Assembly (NCBI GenBank): GCA_963840035.1
Contig: CAWIXE010000003.1
Coordinates: 384,001 to 448,000, forward strand
Source: a candidate division FCPU426 bacterium
GTDB lineage: Bacteria > Oederibacteriota > PGYV01 > Palsa-1178
Length of the DNA stretch: 64,000 bases
Direction: 5' to 3'
Position 1 is the stretch's first letter; each line of letters begins with the position of its first letter. Position numbers and translations under genes: made by a program. A model generated the notes under the pieces. That model was not told the origin of the DNA, made no database searches, and saw nothing but the letters and a program-made list of their open reading frames with translations. This document shows positions 9,629 through 20,516 of the stretch, piece by piece.

Positions 9629-10396
9629 ATGAAAATAAAATTCATAGGAACCGGCACTTCTCACGGGGTGCCTGTGATCGGATGCAGCTGCGCGGCTTGT
9701 TCCTCAAAAGACCCGCGAAACACCAGATACAGGTCGTCTGTCTGGATAGAGGACGGCGGAACTTCCATCGTTATAGATACGCCGGCTGAGTTCAGGGTGC
9801 GCACGCTGGAGTACGCCATTAAAAATATAAACGCCGTGCTTTTTACGCATGCCCACGCTGACCACGCAGCAGGCCTTGACGATGTCAGGGTCTATAACGA
9901 AATACAGGGTATGGATATGCCGGTTTACGGCGATGGCGCCACGCTCGCCGAGATAAAGCAGCGGTATTCCTATATATTTACCCAAACGCAGGAAGGCGGG
10001 GGAAAACCCAGGCTTGACTTAAGGGAAGCCCTGCCTTTTAAGGAATTTAAAATAAAAAATACGGTGATCAAACCGCTGAAGGTCAGCCACGGGGAAATGG
10101 AAATACTCGGGTTTAAAATAAATAATGACTTCGCGTATATAACAGACTGCTCTTTCATACCTGAAGAAACATTTGATGAAATAAAAAATATTAAAGTCCT
10201 CGTGCTGGATGCTTTAAGGCATAAACCCCACCCGACACATTTCAGCCTTGGGCAGGCAATTGACGCGGCAAAAAAATCCGGCGCAGCCATGACATATTTT
10301 ACACATATCTCCCACGGGCTGGAGCATGTTTCTACAGAAGAAAATATGTTGCAGAATACACGGATTGCGTATGACGGATTAACGTTAATCTTATAG
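9629..10396 (+). CDS. MBL-fold metallohydrolase (PhnP-like)
   Basis: GTGTSHGVPVIGCSCAAC, THAHADH, HPTH, THISH. Confidence 0.9.
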   Translation: MKIKFIGTGTSHGVPVIGCSCAACSSKDPRNTRYRSSVWIEDGGTSIVIDTPAEFRVRTLEYAIKNINAVLFTHAHADHAAGLDDVRVYNEIQGMDMPVYGDGATLAEIKQRYSYIFTQTQEGGGKPRLDLREALPFKEFKIKNTVIKPLKVSHGEMEILGFKINNDFAYITDCSFIPEETFDEIKNIKVLVLDALRHKPHPTHFSLGQAIDAAKKSGAAMTYFTHISHGLEHVSTEENMLQNTRIAYDGLTLIL

Positions 10397-10501
10397 GTTA
10401 TACAATTGAAATACGTGAAAATTTAATAAAATATAGCAAAAACGCGAAAAAATGAAATAAAAACATCTTTGAAAATACATCAATAAAATAAGGCGTTTTT
10501 C

Positions 10502-10529
10502 TTGACTTTGAATAAACCTGTGCTATAAT
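10502..10529 (+). promoter_or_regulatory. sigma70 promoter with extended -10
   Basis: TTGACT-16 nt-TATAAT with TGn; AT-rich upstream region. Confidence 0.7.
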
Positions 10530-10563
10530 TTCATTAATAAAACTAAAAACAGGAGCTCAGTCG

Positions 10564-10737
10564 ATGGAAAACATGGATGAAAAAAGCGGTAATGAAGGCA
10601 CTAGTTACGTAAAGGAATTATGGGCTACGTTTGAAAAGACAGGTTCGATTGGCGCGTATTTGCTGTATAATACCGTAAAAGATAAAACGAAATCAGGCGT
10701 AAAAGGCAGGGAAAAAAATAATACTTTACAAAAGTAA
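10564..10737 (+). CDS. Small YqzL-like protein (57 aa, below the ORF-track cutoff)
   Basis: MENMDEKSGNEGTSYVKELWATFEKTGSIGAYLLYNTVK...; W..F..TG.I.AYLLY motif; AGGAG RBS and promoter upstream. Confidence 0.65.
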   Translation: MENMDEKSGNEGTSYVKELWATFEKTGSIGAYLLYNTVKDKTKSGVKGREKNNTLQK

Positions 10738-10763
10738 TGCCTTAACGTATCATAGATTTGAAT

Positions 10764-10797
10764 AAAAATCCAGGTGGATAACCTGGATTTTTTCTTT
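10764..10797 (+). terminator. Intrinsic terminator-like hairpin upstream of pheS
   Basis: AAAAATCCAGGT-GGATA-ACCTGGATTTTT followed by further Ts. Confidence 0.7.
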
Positions 10798-10817
10798 GCT
10801 GAAAAGGGGATTCAAAA

Positions 10818-11819
10818 ATGGAAGAGTTAAAAAAACAGATAACAGCAGACGCCGCCGCGGTAAAAGACACGGTGGAGCTCGCCCAGTTCAAAGCCAAATA
10901 CCTGGGTAAAAAAGGCGTCATAACCCTGATGTTCGGGTCCATGAAAGATGTGGCGCCGGAAAACAGAAAAGCAAAGGGCGCTGAGATAAACGAGCTTAAA
11001 AATTTCGCCGAGGCCGCCCATGACGAAAGGGAGCGCTCGCTTTTAAACAGCAAAAAAGCCGAGGAATTAAAGGGCATAGACCTGACCCTTCCCGCATATG
11101 AAGCGGCCCGCGGCACTCTTCACCCCATCACAAAAGTCATGGAAGAGGTAAAATCCATATTTGCCCGCATGGGTTTCTCCATTGAGGAAGGCCCGGAGAT
11201 TGAATCGGATTATTATAACTTTACCGCCCTTAATTTCGCGCCGGAACACCCGGCACGCGATATGCATGATACTTTTCACATAGACGACGAGTTCCTTTTA
11301 AGGACGCATACGTCCGGTATTCAGATAAGGACCATGGAAAAATACCCGCTTCCGCTTAAAGTCATCGGGCCGGGGCGCGTGTACCGCATGGACGCCATGG
11401 ACGCGTCTCATTCAACGGTCTTTCACCAGGTAGAAGGCTTCATAGTAGATACAGACATTAAATTCAGCCATTTGAAGGGTGTGCTGGATTTATTTCTTAA
11501 GGAAATGTTCGGCTCAGACCTGAAAACCAGGTTCAGGCCGAGTTATTTCCCGTTTACGGAACCATCGGCTGAAGTGGATGTCCAGTGCGCGAACTGCAGA
11601 GGCAAGGGCTGCAATGTTTGCAAGCACACGGGCTGGCTGGAAATACTGGGTTCCGGAATGATCCATCCTAACGTCTTGAGGGCCGTTAAGATCGATCCCG
11701 AGAAGTACACGGGTTTTGCTTTCGGGATGGGAGTTGAGAGGATAGCCATGCTTAAATACGGGATAGACGACATGAGGCTTTTCTTCGAAAACGACGTGCG
11801 GTTCCTTAAACAATTCTGA
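10818..11819 (+). CDS. pheS: Phenylalanine-tRNA ligase alpha subunit
   Basis: HPARDMHDTF, LLRTHTS, FHQVEG, FRPSYFPFTEPS, GFAFGMGVERIAM. Confidence 0.98.
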   Translation: MEELKKQITADAAAVKDTVELAQFKAKYLGKKGVITLMFGSMKDVAPENRKAKGAEINELKNFAEAAHDERERSLLNSKKAEELKGIDLTLPAYEAARGTLHPITKVMEEVKSIFARMGFSIEEGPEIESDYYNFTALNFAPEHPARDMHDTFHIDDEFLLRTHTSGIQIRTMEKYPLPLKVIGPGRVYRMDAMDASHSTVFHQVEGFIVDTDIKFSHLKGVLDLFLKEMFGSDLKTRFRPSYFPFTEPSAEVDVQCANCRGKGCNVCKHTGWLEILGSGMIHPNVLRAVKIDPEKYTGFAFGMGVERIAMLKYGIDDMRLFFENDVRFLKQF

Positions 11820-11838
11820 CCTGAAAATAATCCTTTCC

Positions 11839-12657
11839 TTGCTGCTATTTGCCTTTATGGCAATCACAGTATATTTATTCCCGTCAATTAAAACCTTTTT
11901 GGCCGGGGCTTACGGCTCATACAGGAATTCCATAAAAAAAATATCGCGTATGAGCATGGCGGCAATCAGGGAAAGCGCGATTGTAAGGTTCGAAACAGCC
12001 ATTGCCGTTTTTGCCATAGCCGCAGCACTGCTCGCGGGAAACGGCTGGATCATCGCCGCCGCGATCCCCCTCATGATATTCTTCCCTAAAATGTATGTCA
12101 CGAATGAGCTAAAAAAATATTCCTCCGCCTATAATGACGGGCTTTCCGGTTTTCTTGAATCCGTTATTTCAAACTTAAGGTCAGGCATGTCGCTATCCGC
12201 CGCGTTTAAGGCTGTTGCTGAAAGGGATAAAACACCGGTAGGGCTGGAGTTTGTACTTGTCCTTAAAAAAACCGCGCTTGGAATGTCCTTGCAGGAGGCT
12301 TTAGACGGGCTTGCCGCGAAGATGCCGTCAAAGGAAAACGAGATAATCATTTCAGCAATGAATACTTCCCTGGAAACAGGCGGGAACATTACCGAAGCAC
12401 TTTCCAATATCCTCGGGACCATACGCAAGAGGGATGAAATTGAAAGGGAAGTAAAAACGCTTACATCGCAGGGAGTGTTATCAGGTGTAATAGTCGGCTG
12501 CCTGCCGGCGCTCATGCTGGGGATAATATCGGTCTTTGACCCCGGTTTCATCGCGCCGTTATTTACCACGGCAGCCGGGGTTGCGATGCTGGTTGTTGCC
12601 ATATTAATGGAAATCACAGGTGCTTTTATAATAAGCAGGATTGTGGATATAAAATGA
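11839..12657 (+). CDS. tadB: TadB-like (T2SS F-family) membrane protein; start uncertain
   Basis: LRSGMSL, ETGGNITEAL, REVKTLTSQG, LP...DPGFIAPLFTT. Confidence 0.75.
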   Translation: MLLFAFMAITVYLFPSIKTFLAGAYGSYRNSIKKISRMSMAAIRESAIVRFETAIAVFAIAAALLAGNGWIIAAAIPLMIFFPKMYVTNELKKYSSAYNDGLSGFLESVISNLRSGMSLSAAFKAVAERDKTPVGLEFVLVLKKTALGMSLQEALDGLAAKMPSKENEIIISAMNTSLETGGNITEALSNILGTIRKRDEIEREVKTLTSQGVLSGVIVGCLPALMLGIISVFDPGFIAPLFTTAAGVAMLVVAILMEITGAFIISRIVDIK

Positions 12658-12709
12658 AAAATATATTCCGGATTATGGATTCTAAATTTTGGATTGAAAG
12701 AAGGCTTGC

Positions 12710-13567
12710 ATGAAGTTTCTTTTCAGCGTCATCGTATTTATAGGAGTGGCTTCGTTATGCGGCGGGATAGCCGTCATTGTTTACAGGCGCAGGACCATCG
12801 AAGTGCTGCGCGGGTTTGCTGCTGAAAAGCTCACAGGGAAGGTTAAAGAGGCGGCTTCATATATAAAGGACCACCTGGTTATGCTCAATAAGAAGTTTAC
12901 CGGGATGAAAAGGTATGGGGAAGTAAATAACAACCTTTCAATACTTAATCTGGACATAAGGGTATCTAAGGAGTATTTTGTCCTGATTGAAGAATGCTCC
13001 ATTACCGGAGTTTTGCTGATATGCCTTCTGCTTACCGGCGATTTAGCCATAAGCCTTTGCTTTGCGGCTGCCTCCTTTTTCGCGCCGTATTACCTTTTAA
13101 AGTCCCGGGTGATGAGAAAAAAGGAGGCCATAGTCAGGGAACTGCCGGATGCTTTTGACATAATTGGCGCGAATATTGAAGGCGGGCTGTCACTTTCCGC
13201 TTCGCTCAGGCGTTATGCCGCAAAGGCGGGGTCGGATTTCGGAGCGGAACTTTACGCGGCCATTAAAAAAATGGAACTCGGCAGCGGCTTTGAAGACGCT
13301 ATGCGCTCCATGGACACCAAGCTTGGCATCAGGGAACTTAATTCCTTTATAAACGCTTTTGTCCAGGCTGAAAAGTCCGGGGGAAGCATAAAGGAAATAA
13401 TAAAGGGCCATGCGGCCGAAATTAGGAATAAAAGGTTTCAGTATTTAAAGAAAAAAGCGCATGAGGCGCCGGTAAAACTCCTTATACCCCTGCTGCTTTT
13501 CATATTCCCGGTTATTTTTATCGTGCTTTTCGGCCCGGTTGTGATAAAATTACTTAACGGCATCTGA
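12710..13567 (+). CDS. tadC: TadC-like (T2SS F-family) membrane protein
   Basis: RELPDAFD..EGGLS, QAEKSGGSI, EAPVKLLIPLLLFIFP. Confidence 0.8.
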   Translation: MKFLFSVIVFIGVASLCGGIAVIVYRRRTIEVLRGFAAEKLTGKVKEAASYIKDHLVMLNKKFTGMKRYGEVNNNLSILNLDIRVSKEYFVLIEECSITGVLLICLLLTGDLAISLCFAAASFFAPYYLLKSRVMRKKEAIVRELPDAFDIIGANIEGGLSLSASLRRYAAKAGSDFGAELYAAIKKMELGSGFEDAMRSMDTKLGIRELNSFINAFVQAEKSGGSIKEIIKGHAAEIRNKRFQYLKKKAHEAPVKLLIPLLLFIFPVIFIVLFGPVVIKLLNGI

Positions 13568-13605
13568 AAACTTAAAATTTAAAGCTGAAAAGTCGGGCGA
13601 AAAGC

Positions 13606-13929
13606 ATGAAAAATGTTAAGCTTAAAAAAATCAGGATAGATGACGCGGATACATTCATTAAGCGCGCCATTGGGCTTATCGGGCAATATTCAATTCCATC
13701 AGGATATGCCATGAGGTTTAAAAACTGCAATTCCATACATACCTTCTTTATGAAAATCCCCATTGATGTTATAATGTATGATGATAAAGGCGCTGCGCGG
13801 GCTGTGTTTCACGGGCTTAAGCCATGGAAACTGGCCGGGTGCCCACAGGCAAAGCACACCGTGGAGATGAAAAGCGGCATGGCCGCCAGGATGAAAATAG
13901 AAATAGGCTCGCGTTTGGCTTTCAAATAA
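13606..13929 (+). CDS. DUF192-family protein
   Basis: ADTFIKRAIGLIG, CNSIHTFFMKIPIDV, LKPW, TVEM..G. Confidence 0.85.
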   Translation: MKNVKLKKIRIDDADTFIKRAIGLIGQYSIPSGYAMRFKNCNSIHTFFMKIPIDVIMYDDKGAARAVFHGLKPWKLAGCPQAKHTVEMKSGMAARMKIEIGSRLAFK

Positions 13930-13963
13930 CGCCCGTTTATTAGCGGCGTAAAAAGGCGGAAAT

Positions 13964-16366
13964 GTGGCTGGCATAAATTTATACCCTAAAAAACTGGATC
14001 TCGCGTTTTATCATAAAAATTCCGAAGTTAATTACGACCCCACCAATAAATTCTACCAGGCCGCTTTTGAAATGCAGTTTGAAAAAGAAACGCATGATTT
14101 CATAGCCGGATTTGTCTCCTGTGCCGTAAATGACGATAAATTCAAGGACTTCGGGGCCCTTCCGCAGGATAAAAATATGACAACGCTTTATTTTGACCTG
14201 CTTTCCGATTTTAATAACGCCCAGTGGCCCAGGTATAACGCCTGGTACTACGGTGACAGGGTAAAAATGTACGGCAGGCTCAGAAAGATAATCATGAACG
14301 CGATACGCCAGCAAAAGGAGCAGAAGATAGACGACCTGGAATTTTTTGTGTGGGTTTCCGCAGCCACTGCCATAGCGCTCATAACAGAGGAGTACTTCCA
14401 GAAACATTTTGATACGCTTAAGATAATGAAGGACGCCCTGCTCCTGCGCCTGGGCTCCGCGTTTGAGGCAATGTTCGCGGAACTCTTCAGGGATGAGGAA
14501 ATTGACAGGCTCAGGACGGAAAAGACAGGCGTGGACAGAAAAAAGCTGGAACCGCTGGTAAACAGGTACATCATGATGTACTCCGATACCGCGGACATGT
14601 CGCATGTGGAGCGCATACTTTTTTCCAGGGACCGCTCGTTTTTTGTGGACCGGGTCCTGGCCGGAAAACTTACCTCCATGTTTGAGGCCGTGATAGAGGC
14701 TTCAAAACGGCTGAAAAAGAATGACAACATAAAAAACATCATATCGGACATGGGGGCCGTGCGCCTTATTTTATCCGACAGGCGCGACAGGGGCAACCTG
14801 CTGAAAATGATAGCCAAAGACAGGGAGTTCAAGGAAAAACTTGTAATAAAGCATGAAAAGTCCGTGATAAGGAAGGCTATACGCGACGTGGTGGCCGATA
14901 CCGGCTCAAGCGAACTCGTGAATTTTTTAAAACATGACGATGTCATAGACGATATCTTCCATGATAAAAAAGTGCGCAATTACATGGTAAAAACGTTAAA
15001 AACTGTGGGAAGCAAGAAGGCAAAGGATACGGCAAAATATGTGGAACTCGCCGCGGACAGAACCGCAAGAAGTATAAAATCTTTTTTTGGCGGGCTGCAC
15101 CCCAAGGAAATGGAGAAGCTTCTTAACGCGGCCATTGAGAATTTTTCCGCGTGCCAGCGGGCAATGAACAATTTTTACGCGGTCAGGCAGAAATACGGCA
15201 AGAAGTCGGCATACAGCGAGGAAATGCTCGGCGTGAAAATATTAAGACAGAGCAGGCTGACTACCGAAGCAAACCCTGAGACCGGCAGGGACTGCATAAA
15301 CTGCGGGGCCGTGCCCTCAGACCAGAAGACAAGGATTGAGAACCTGTATGAAGAAGGGAATCTATTTTATATACGAGAGGACGGGCCGGTATACCCGGGA
15401 CAGGCCGGGGTTGCCAGGGGTAAGAAACTTTTCATGTTCGCCGACCTGCGAAACTCCACGGAAACCACCATGAAGCTCACCAAGGACACGGCCGGGTTTT
15501 TAACCCCGTACTTAAACGCGGTTTTTCAGACTTCGGTGAAAAACTCCGGCAATGAGATATATTTCGCGGGAGACGGTTTCGCGGCGCATTATGCCAGGGT
15601 TACCGACTGCCTGCGTTCCGCATACCTGATACACAAGGAATTCGCGCAGTTAAGGAAGGAAGCTGAGGAGAAGATAAAGGCAAAGGAAAAGTCGCTCTTT
15701 AAGGAGCTTGTAAAGATAGGCGCCGTAAATACCGAGATGAAAGCGCAGAATTTAATGTCAATAGAGCATAATTCCCAGCCGGACGACATAAGGGATTTCC
15801 TGAATCTCATGATAAAAAAACCCCAGACAAAAGTGGAAGAGGCCCTGCATATGGTGGCGGGCGAATACTCCATGCCGCGTGTGGAGATAGGGATTGGCAT
15901 CACTGAAGGAGACCTTTTCTTCGCGGTAATCGGCGAGGAAAATAACGTCAGGTTCAACATTGTTTTATCCCCGAGCTTAACACAGGCAGCCAGGCTCTCA
16001 GGCTCGGCCGCGGAGGTAAAGGAATACCTGGAGAAATTATACGGTATAAAAAATATACCCCGAAAAGCTTACACACAGAATAAAAAGCTTTTTAACCAGG
16101 GCATAGTCATAACCCAGGAAGTATTCAAGACGTTAAGGAACGAGGTGGAAGTCTCCATGATAGAGGGAAACAAGATGGATCTGTCATATAACGTTTACTA
16201 CTACTTCGACACAGTGCTAGACAGGCACGTCACCTTATCCAAACTGGAACAGCCTATTGCTTTAAAGGGGATAGAAGGCGACGTGGAGGTCTTTGAGGTC
16301 TTCACGCCCGTAACCCAGGTGGATGCGTATGTGAATAATTATATAAAGAAGGAAAAGGGCGGGTAG
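13964..16366 (+). CDS. Large protein with a C-terminal class III nucleotidyl-cyclase-like domain
   Basis: FMFADLRNST, YFAGDGF, IGIGITEG, TQAARL, LKGI motifs in the C-terminal part; helical N-terminal region of unknown function. Confidence 0.7.
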   Translation: MAGINLYPKKLDLAFYHKNSEVNYDPTNKFYQAAFEMQFEKETHDFIAGFVSCAVNDDKFKDFGALPQDKNMTTLYFDLLSDFNNAQWPRYNAWYYGDRVKMYGRLRKIIMNAIRQQKEQKIDDLEFFVWVSAATAIALITEEYFQKHFDTLKIMKDALLLRLGSAFEAMFAELFRDEEIDRLRTEKTGVDRKKLEPLVNRYIMMYSDTADMSHVERILFSRDRSFFVDRVLAGKLTSMFEAVIEASKRLKKNDNIKNIISDMGAVRLILSDRRDRGNLLKMIAKDREFKEKLVIKHEKSVIRKAIRDVVADTGSSELVNFLKHDDVIDDIFHDKKVRNYMVKTLKTVGSKKAKDTAKYVELAADRTARSIKSFFGGLHPKEMEKLLNAAIENFSACQRAMNNFYAVRQKYGKKSAYSEEMLGVKILRQSRLTTEANPETGRDCINCGAVPSDQKTRIENLYEEGNLFYIREDGPVYPGQAGVARGKKLFMFADLRNSTETTMKLTKDTAGFLTPYLNAVFQTSVKNSGNEIYFAGDGFAAHYARVTDCLRSAYLIHKEFAQLRKEAEEKIKAKEKSLFKELVKIGAVNTEMKAQNLMSIEHNSQPDDIRDFLNLMIKKPQTKVEEALHMVAGEYSMPRVEIGIGITEGDLFFAVIGEENNVRFNIVLSPSLTQAARLSGSAAEVKEYLEKLYGIKNIPRKAYTQNKKLFNQGIVITQEVFKTLRNEVEVSMIEGNKMDLSYNVYYYFDTVLDRHVTLSKLEQPIALKGIEGDVEVFEVFTPVTQVDAYVNNYIKKEKGG

Positions 16367-16394
16367 TGGGTGGTGAGTAGTGGGTGGCGGGAAA

Positions 16395-16436
16395 CATAAA
16401 TAAAAAAAGCGGCTTGCGCCGCTTTTTTTATTTATG
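16395..16436. terminator. Bidirectional intrinsic terminator
   Basis: CATAAATAAAAAAAGCGGC-TTGC-GCCGCTTTTTTTATTTATG between convergent genes. Confidence 0.9.
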
Positions 16437-16445
16437 TGACGGTTG

Positions 16446-17123
16446 TTATTTGCGTTTTTTGCCTGATTTTGCCTTTACTGCCTTTTTCTTAAAGTACTTT
16501 TCCTTTATGTACATAATCACCGGCGGCAGGATGGAAATAAAGATTATTGCCATGATGACCATGGTAAAGTTTTTCTTTACCATCGGGACATTGCCGAAGA
16601 AAAAACCAGCGCCTAAGAACAACGCGACCCAGGTAATACCGCCCACTATGTTATATGAAATAAAGCGCCAGTAACTCATTTCTCCGATGCCGGCCACGAA
16701 CGGGGCGAAAGTCCTTATGATAGGTATGAACCTGGCGAAAATAATGGTCATGCCGCCGTATTTTTCATAGAATTCATGGGTTTTGATGAGGTGTTCGCGT
16801 TTTATCAGCCATAACTTTTTGGCCTTATAAATGCCAACGCCGATGTATTTTCCTATGGCGTAATTCACTGTATCGCCGAGTATCGCGGCTGTCATAAGAA
16901 GGCCGGCGATATAGAATATGTTCAGGTCGCCTAATGCTGCTATGGCTCCGACCGCGAATAAAAGCGAGTCGCCGGGAAGTATCGGGGTTACAACAAGCCC
17001 TGTTTCGCAAAAAATAATAAGGAAAAGTATCAGGTAAGTCCACGTGCCGTAGTTTTGAACCAACTCGACTAAGTGCTTGTCAAGATGAAGGATAAAGTCG
17101 ATGAAAAAGTGTATTATTTCCAT
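16446..17123 (-). CDS. dedA: DedA-family membrane protein
   Basis: [51 protein letters not shown] before ATG 17123. Confidence 0.95.
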   Translation of the reverse strand: MEIIHFFIDFILHLDKHLVELVQNYGTWTYLILFLIIFCETGLVVTPILPGDSLLFAVGAIAALGDLNIFYIAGLLMTAAILGDTVNYAIGKYIGVGIYKAKKLWLIKREHLIKTHEFYEKYGGMTIIFARFIPIIRTFAPFVAGIGEMSYWRFISYNIVGGITWVALFLGAGFFFGNVPMVKKNFTMVIMAIIFISILPPVIMYIKEKYFKKKAVKAKSGKKRK

Positions 17124-17283
17124 GTCGCCTCCGCAAAATGTATTTGTACCGCAAGTTTGTATTATATAATAAAAAAAGGCGAAAGCAAGTATTAAAAAAG
17201 CCGGGAAATTGATATTTTTTAGTTGCTTTAACAAAGGGGATAATGTAAAATTGTTTTGCTTTGAAAATTTCCAGATTAACTGT

Positions 17284-17359
17284 GGGGCAGTAGCTCAGCT
17301 GGGAGAGCATCAGGCTGGCAGTCTGAGGGTCGTCGGTTCAATCCCGATCTGCTCCACCA
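17284..17359 (+). tRNA. tRNA-Ala (GGC)
   Basis: 76-nt cloverleaf, anticodon loop CTGGCAG, G3:U70 alanine identity pair, GGTTCAATC T-arm, encoded CCA. Confidence 0.96.
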
Positions 17360-17450
17360 GGACTCATAGAAAGATGGTTTACAGGGACGCCTGAGAGCGT
17401 CCCGAACTCTTAATTTAAATCCTGCATGTAAACAAACCGGAGGAAAAACC

Positions 17451-18305
17451 TTGCATTTTCAGGACCTTATATTCACCCTTCAGGACTATTGGAAAAAGAA
17501 AGGCTGTATTATAGCTCAGCCATATGACATGGAAAAGGGGGCGGCTACTTTCTCACATTCCACCTTCTTCCGCTCGCTCGGGAAGAAACCATGGAACGCC
17601 GCGTACATAGAGCCGTGCAGGAGGCCCAAGGACGGCCGCTACGGGGAAAACCCCAACAGGTTCCAGCATTATTACCAGTACCAGGTGATAATGAAACCCG
17701 CCCCGTCCGACATACAGCGGCTATACCTCGAAAGCCTTGAGGCTATAGGCATAAAGATAAAGGAACACGACATAAAGTTCAACGAGGATGACTGGGAATC
17801 GCCGACGCTGGGCGCGTCAGGGCTGGGATGGCAGGTATGGCTCGACGGCATGGAAATAACGCAGTTTACATTTTTTCAGCAGATGGCGGGTATTACCTTA
17901 AACCCGATATCAGTGGAGCTTACATACGGCCTGGAAAGGCTCGCCATGTACATACAGGGAAAGAACAGCGCTTTTGACGTGACATGGAATGACAAAGTCA
18001 CCTACGGCGATGTCTTCCTGGAAAACGAGCGCGAATTTTCCGCGTATAACTTCGAACACGCGGACACGGCCATGCTTTTAACGACCCTGAATAATTTTTA
18101 TAAGGAAGGCGAGAGGATTGCGGGTTTAAACCTGCCGATTCCGGCGTATGATTATGTCCTTAAAATTTCCCACATGTTTAACCTCCTTGACGCGAGAAAG
18201 GCCATATCCATCGCTGACAGGCCATCGTTCATAAAAAAAATACGCGACCTGGCAAAGCTGTGCGCTGACGGATATATGAAAGTGACGGGTGAGACAAATG
18301 AGTAA
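17451..18305 (+). CDS. glyQ: Glycine-tRNA ligase alpha subunit
   Basis: [46 protein letters not shown]. Confidence 0.98.
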   Translation: MHFQDLIFTLQDYWKKKGCIIAQPYDMEKGAATFSHSTFFRSLGKKPWNAAYIEPCRRPKDGRYGENPNRFQHYYQYQVIMKPAPSDIQRLYLESLEAIGIKIKEHDIKFNEDDWESPTLGASGLGWQVWLDGMEITQFTFFQQMAGITLNPISVELTYGLERLAMYIQGKNSAFDVTWNDKVTYGDVFLENEREFSAYNFEHADTAMLLTTLNNFYKEGERIAGLNLPIPAYDYVLKISHMFNLLDARKAISIADRPSFIKKIRDLAKLCADGYMKVTGETNE

Positions 18306-20376
18306 ACTGATACTTGAGATAGGCGTTGAGGAAATACCCGCGGATTACCTGGAACCGGCCTCAAACCAGCTGAAGGACGACATTAAAAAAATGCTTGAGG
18401 CGAAACTTATCGAGCATAAGGAAGTAAAGATATTTTATACGGTGCGCAGGTTCGTAGCCGTAGTCGAGGGCATAGCCGCGAAGCAGAAAGACCTTTCATT
18501 TGAGAAAAAAGGGCCGAGGCATGATATTGCTTTTAAGGATAACGCCCTAACCGAAATAGGCAGGAAATTCCTTGAAGGCTGCGGAAAGACCGAAAAAGAC
18601 CTGAAAATAAAGGAAGAAAAGGGACAAAAGTTCCTGTTTGTTGACATATTTGAAAAGGGACAGCCCGCAAAAAAAGTGTTATCTGAGAATCTTCCCGGGA
18701 TAATCAAAGGTTTAAGGTTCCCTAAGTCCATGGTGTGGGATGACAGCGGCGTTACTTTTGCAAGGCCTATCCGGTGGATACTTTGCCTGCTGGATAAGGA
18801 TACAGTCCACATGCACTACGGCAGGGTGAGCTCCGGCACAAAGACCAGGCTGCACAAATTCCTCCACAACAACAAAGAAATTGTCATAAAGGACGCGGAC
18901 GATTATTTCAGGCAGATGAAAAAGCACGGCATACTCTTAAGCCAGGACGAGCGCAAAGCCGAGATTTTAAAGCAGTCAAACGCGCACCTGCACAGGAAAA
19001 AACTTCAGATTATGGAAGATGAGACGCTTTTAGAGAGGCTCGCAAGCTCGGTCGAGGCGGTTACTTCCATGACGGGCTATTTTGACGAGAAGTTTCTCTT
19101 CCTCCCCGAGGAAGTCATCATCACGGCCATGAGGGAGCACCAGAGGTATTTTGCCACGCTTAAGGAGTGCGGCGGTTTTACCAACTGTTTTGTAAACATC
19201 AGGGATGGCGGGGATTTAAACAACCACTTCATCTCAAACCAGCACGCCAAGGTGCTTTTTTCCAGGTTAAAGGACGCGGAATTTTTTTATAACGAGGACC
19301 TGAAAATTCCCCTTGAAAAGAACAATGACAAATTAAAGGACGCCATATTTATAACGGGCCTGGGCACCATGTATGAAAAAATGGAGAGGTTAAAAGCCAT
19401 GGCCTCCCGCGCTAAGGAGATCTTCGGACATGAGGATACCGCGGCCATACAGGAAGCGGCGTTCCTTTCAAAGGCTGACCTGATGACAAATATGGTCGGC
19501 GAAAAGGAATACGTCGGCCTGCGCGGGTTCATGGGCGGCGTTTACCTGGAAAAACAGGGTAAGCCTGAGAAGCTTTGGAAGGCAGTGGCGGAGCATTATT
19601 ACCCTAACATGGTGGGCGACAGGCTGCCTTCGACCAAGGAAGGGCTCCTTTTGAGCATGATTGACAAGATGGACAATATTACGGGATTTTACATCGCCGG
19701 TTTTAAGCCCACCGGGAGCAAAGACCCCTACGCGGTGCGCAGGCAGGCCCTGAACATCATTTACATGATACTTGAAAAAGAACTCGACATGGACCTGGCG
19801 TTCTTTATTTATGAAAACGCGCTCGCTTATAAAAAACAGCTCGGCAAGGATACTGACACAGCCGAGATCATAGAGTTCTTCAGGCAGAGGGAAATAAATT
19901 ACCTTAAGGACAAGGGCGTGGATTACGACATCATAAGCGCCTGCGCCTTCGGGAAAGTATTGAACGTGCTTGATGACTATAAAAAAGCCATGGTTTTTAT
20001 GGGGAAGCGCAAGGAAGAAAAGTCCTTTAACGACATAGCTTTCGCCGTATCCAGGGTGGCCAATATCATACCGCCAAAACACGCGGTTGCAAAGCCTGAC
20101 GCGGCAGCCTTTGAGCTTGCCGAGGAAAAGGCGCTTTATGAAAAGTTCTCGGCTGAAAAAACAGCTGTAGAAAACATGTGCAGGGATAAAAAACACGCGG
20201 AGGCGTTCGGGGCGGTTGCGGCTTTCAAGCCGCTCATAGACGCGTACTTTGAAAAAGTCACTGTCATGTCAAAGGATGAAAAAATTAAAAACAACAGGCT
20301 TAACACTCTCGCGGAGATAAGGGACGTGTTTTATAAGCTGGCGGATTTTTCAAAGCTGGTAATAGACAGGAAATAA
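18298..20376 (+). CDS. glyS: Glycine-tRNA ligase beta subunit
   Basis: [42 protein letters not shown]. Confidence 0.97.
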   Translation: MSKLILEIGVEEIPADYLEPASNQLKDDIKKMLEAKLIEHKEVKIFYTVRRFVAVVEGIAAKQKDLSFEKKGPRHDIAFKDNALTEIGRKFLEGCGKTEKDLKIKEEKGQKFLFVDIFEKGQPAKKVLSENLPGIIKGLRFPKSMVWDDSGVTFARPIRWILCLLDKDTVHMHYGRVSSGTKTRLHKFLHNNKEIVIKDADDYFRQMKKHGILLSQDERKAEILKQSNAHLHRKKLQIMEDETLLERLASSVEAVTSMTGYFDEKFLFLPEEVIITAMREHQRYFATLKECGGFTNCFVNIRDGGDLNNHFISNQHAKVLFSRLKDAEFFYNEDLKIPLEKNNDKLKDAIFITGLGTMYEKMERLKAMASRAKEIFGHEDTAAIQEAAFLSKADLMTNMVGEKEYVGLRGFMGGVYLEKQGKPEKLWKAVAEHYYPNMVGDRLPSTKEGLLLSMIDKMDNITGFYIAGFKPTGSKDPYAVRRQALNIIYMILEKELDMDLAFFIYENALAYKKQLGKDTDTAEIIEFFRQREINYLKDKGVDYDIISACAFGKVLNVLDDYKKAMVFMGKRKEEKSFNDIAFAVSRVANIIPPKHAVAKPDAAAFELAEEKALYEKFSAEKTAVENMCRDKKHAEAFGAVAAFKPLIDAYFEKVTVMSKDEKIKNNRLNTLAEIRDVFYKLADFSKLVIDRK

Positions 20377-20392
20377 GAGGGTGGCAATGAAG

Positions 20393-20482
20393 ATTTAAGA
20401 GACAAAAGATTGGAGACAAGAGTAAGGCTTAAGGAAAATCTCCTGTCTCCAGTCTCTTGTCTCGTGAACTCTAACGAACTTC
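20393..20482. repeat. Inverted heptamer-repeat palindrome, family B
   Basis: AGAGACAAAAGATTGGAGACAAGAG ... CTCCTGTCTCCAGTCTCTTGTCTC. Confidence 0.75.
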
Positions 20483-20516
20483 ACAATTAAATAAAATGAT
20501 TTAATGGAGGCTGCTC

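Noticed and set aside
13964..16366. Pycsar/CBASS-type defence system
   Set aside because: There is no adjacent effector gene, and the protein size and context do not fit.
17284..17400. tRNA-Ala as an integration site for an island
   Set aside because: No integrase or duplicated tRNA 3' end was seen, and glyQS follows directly.
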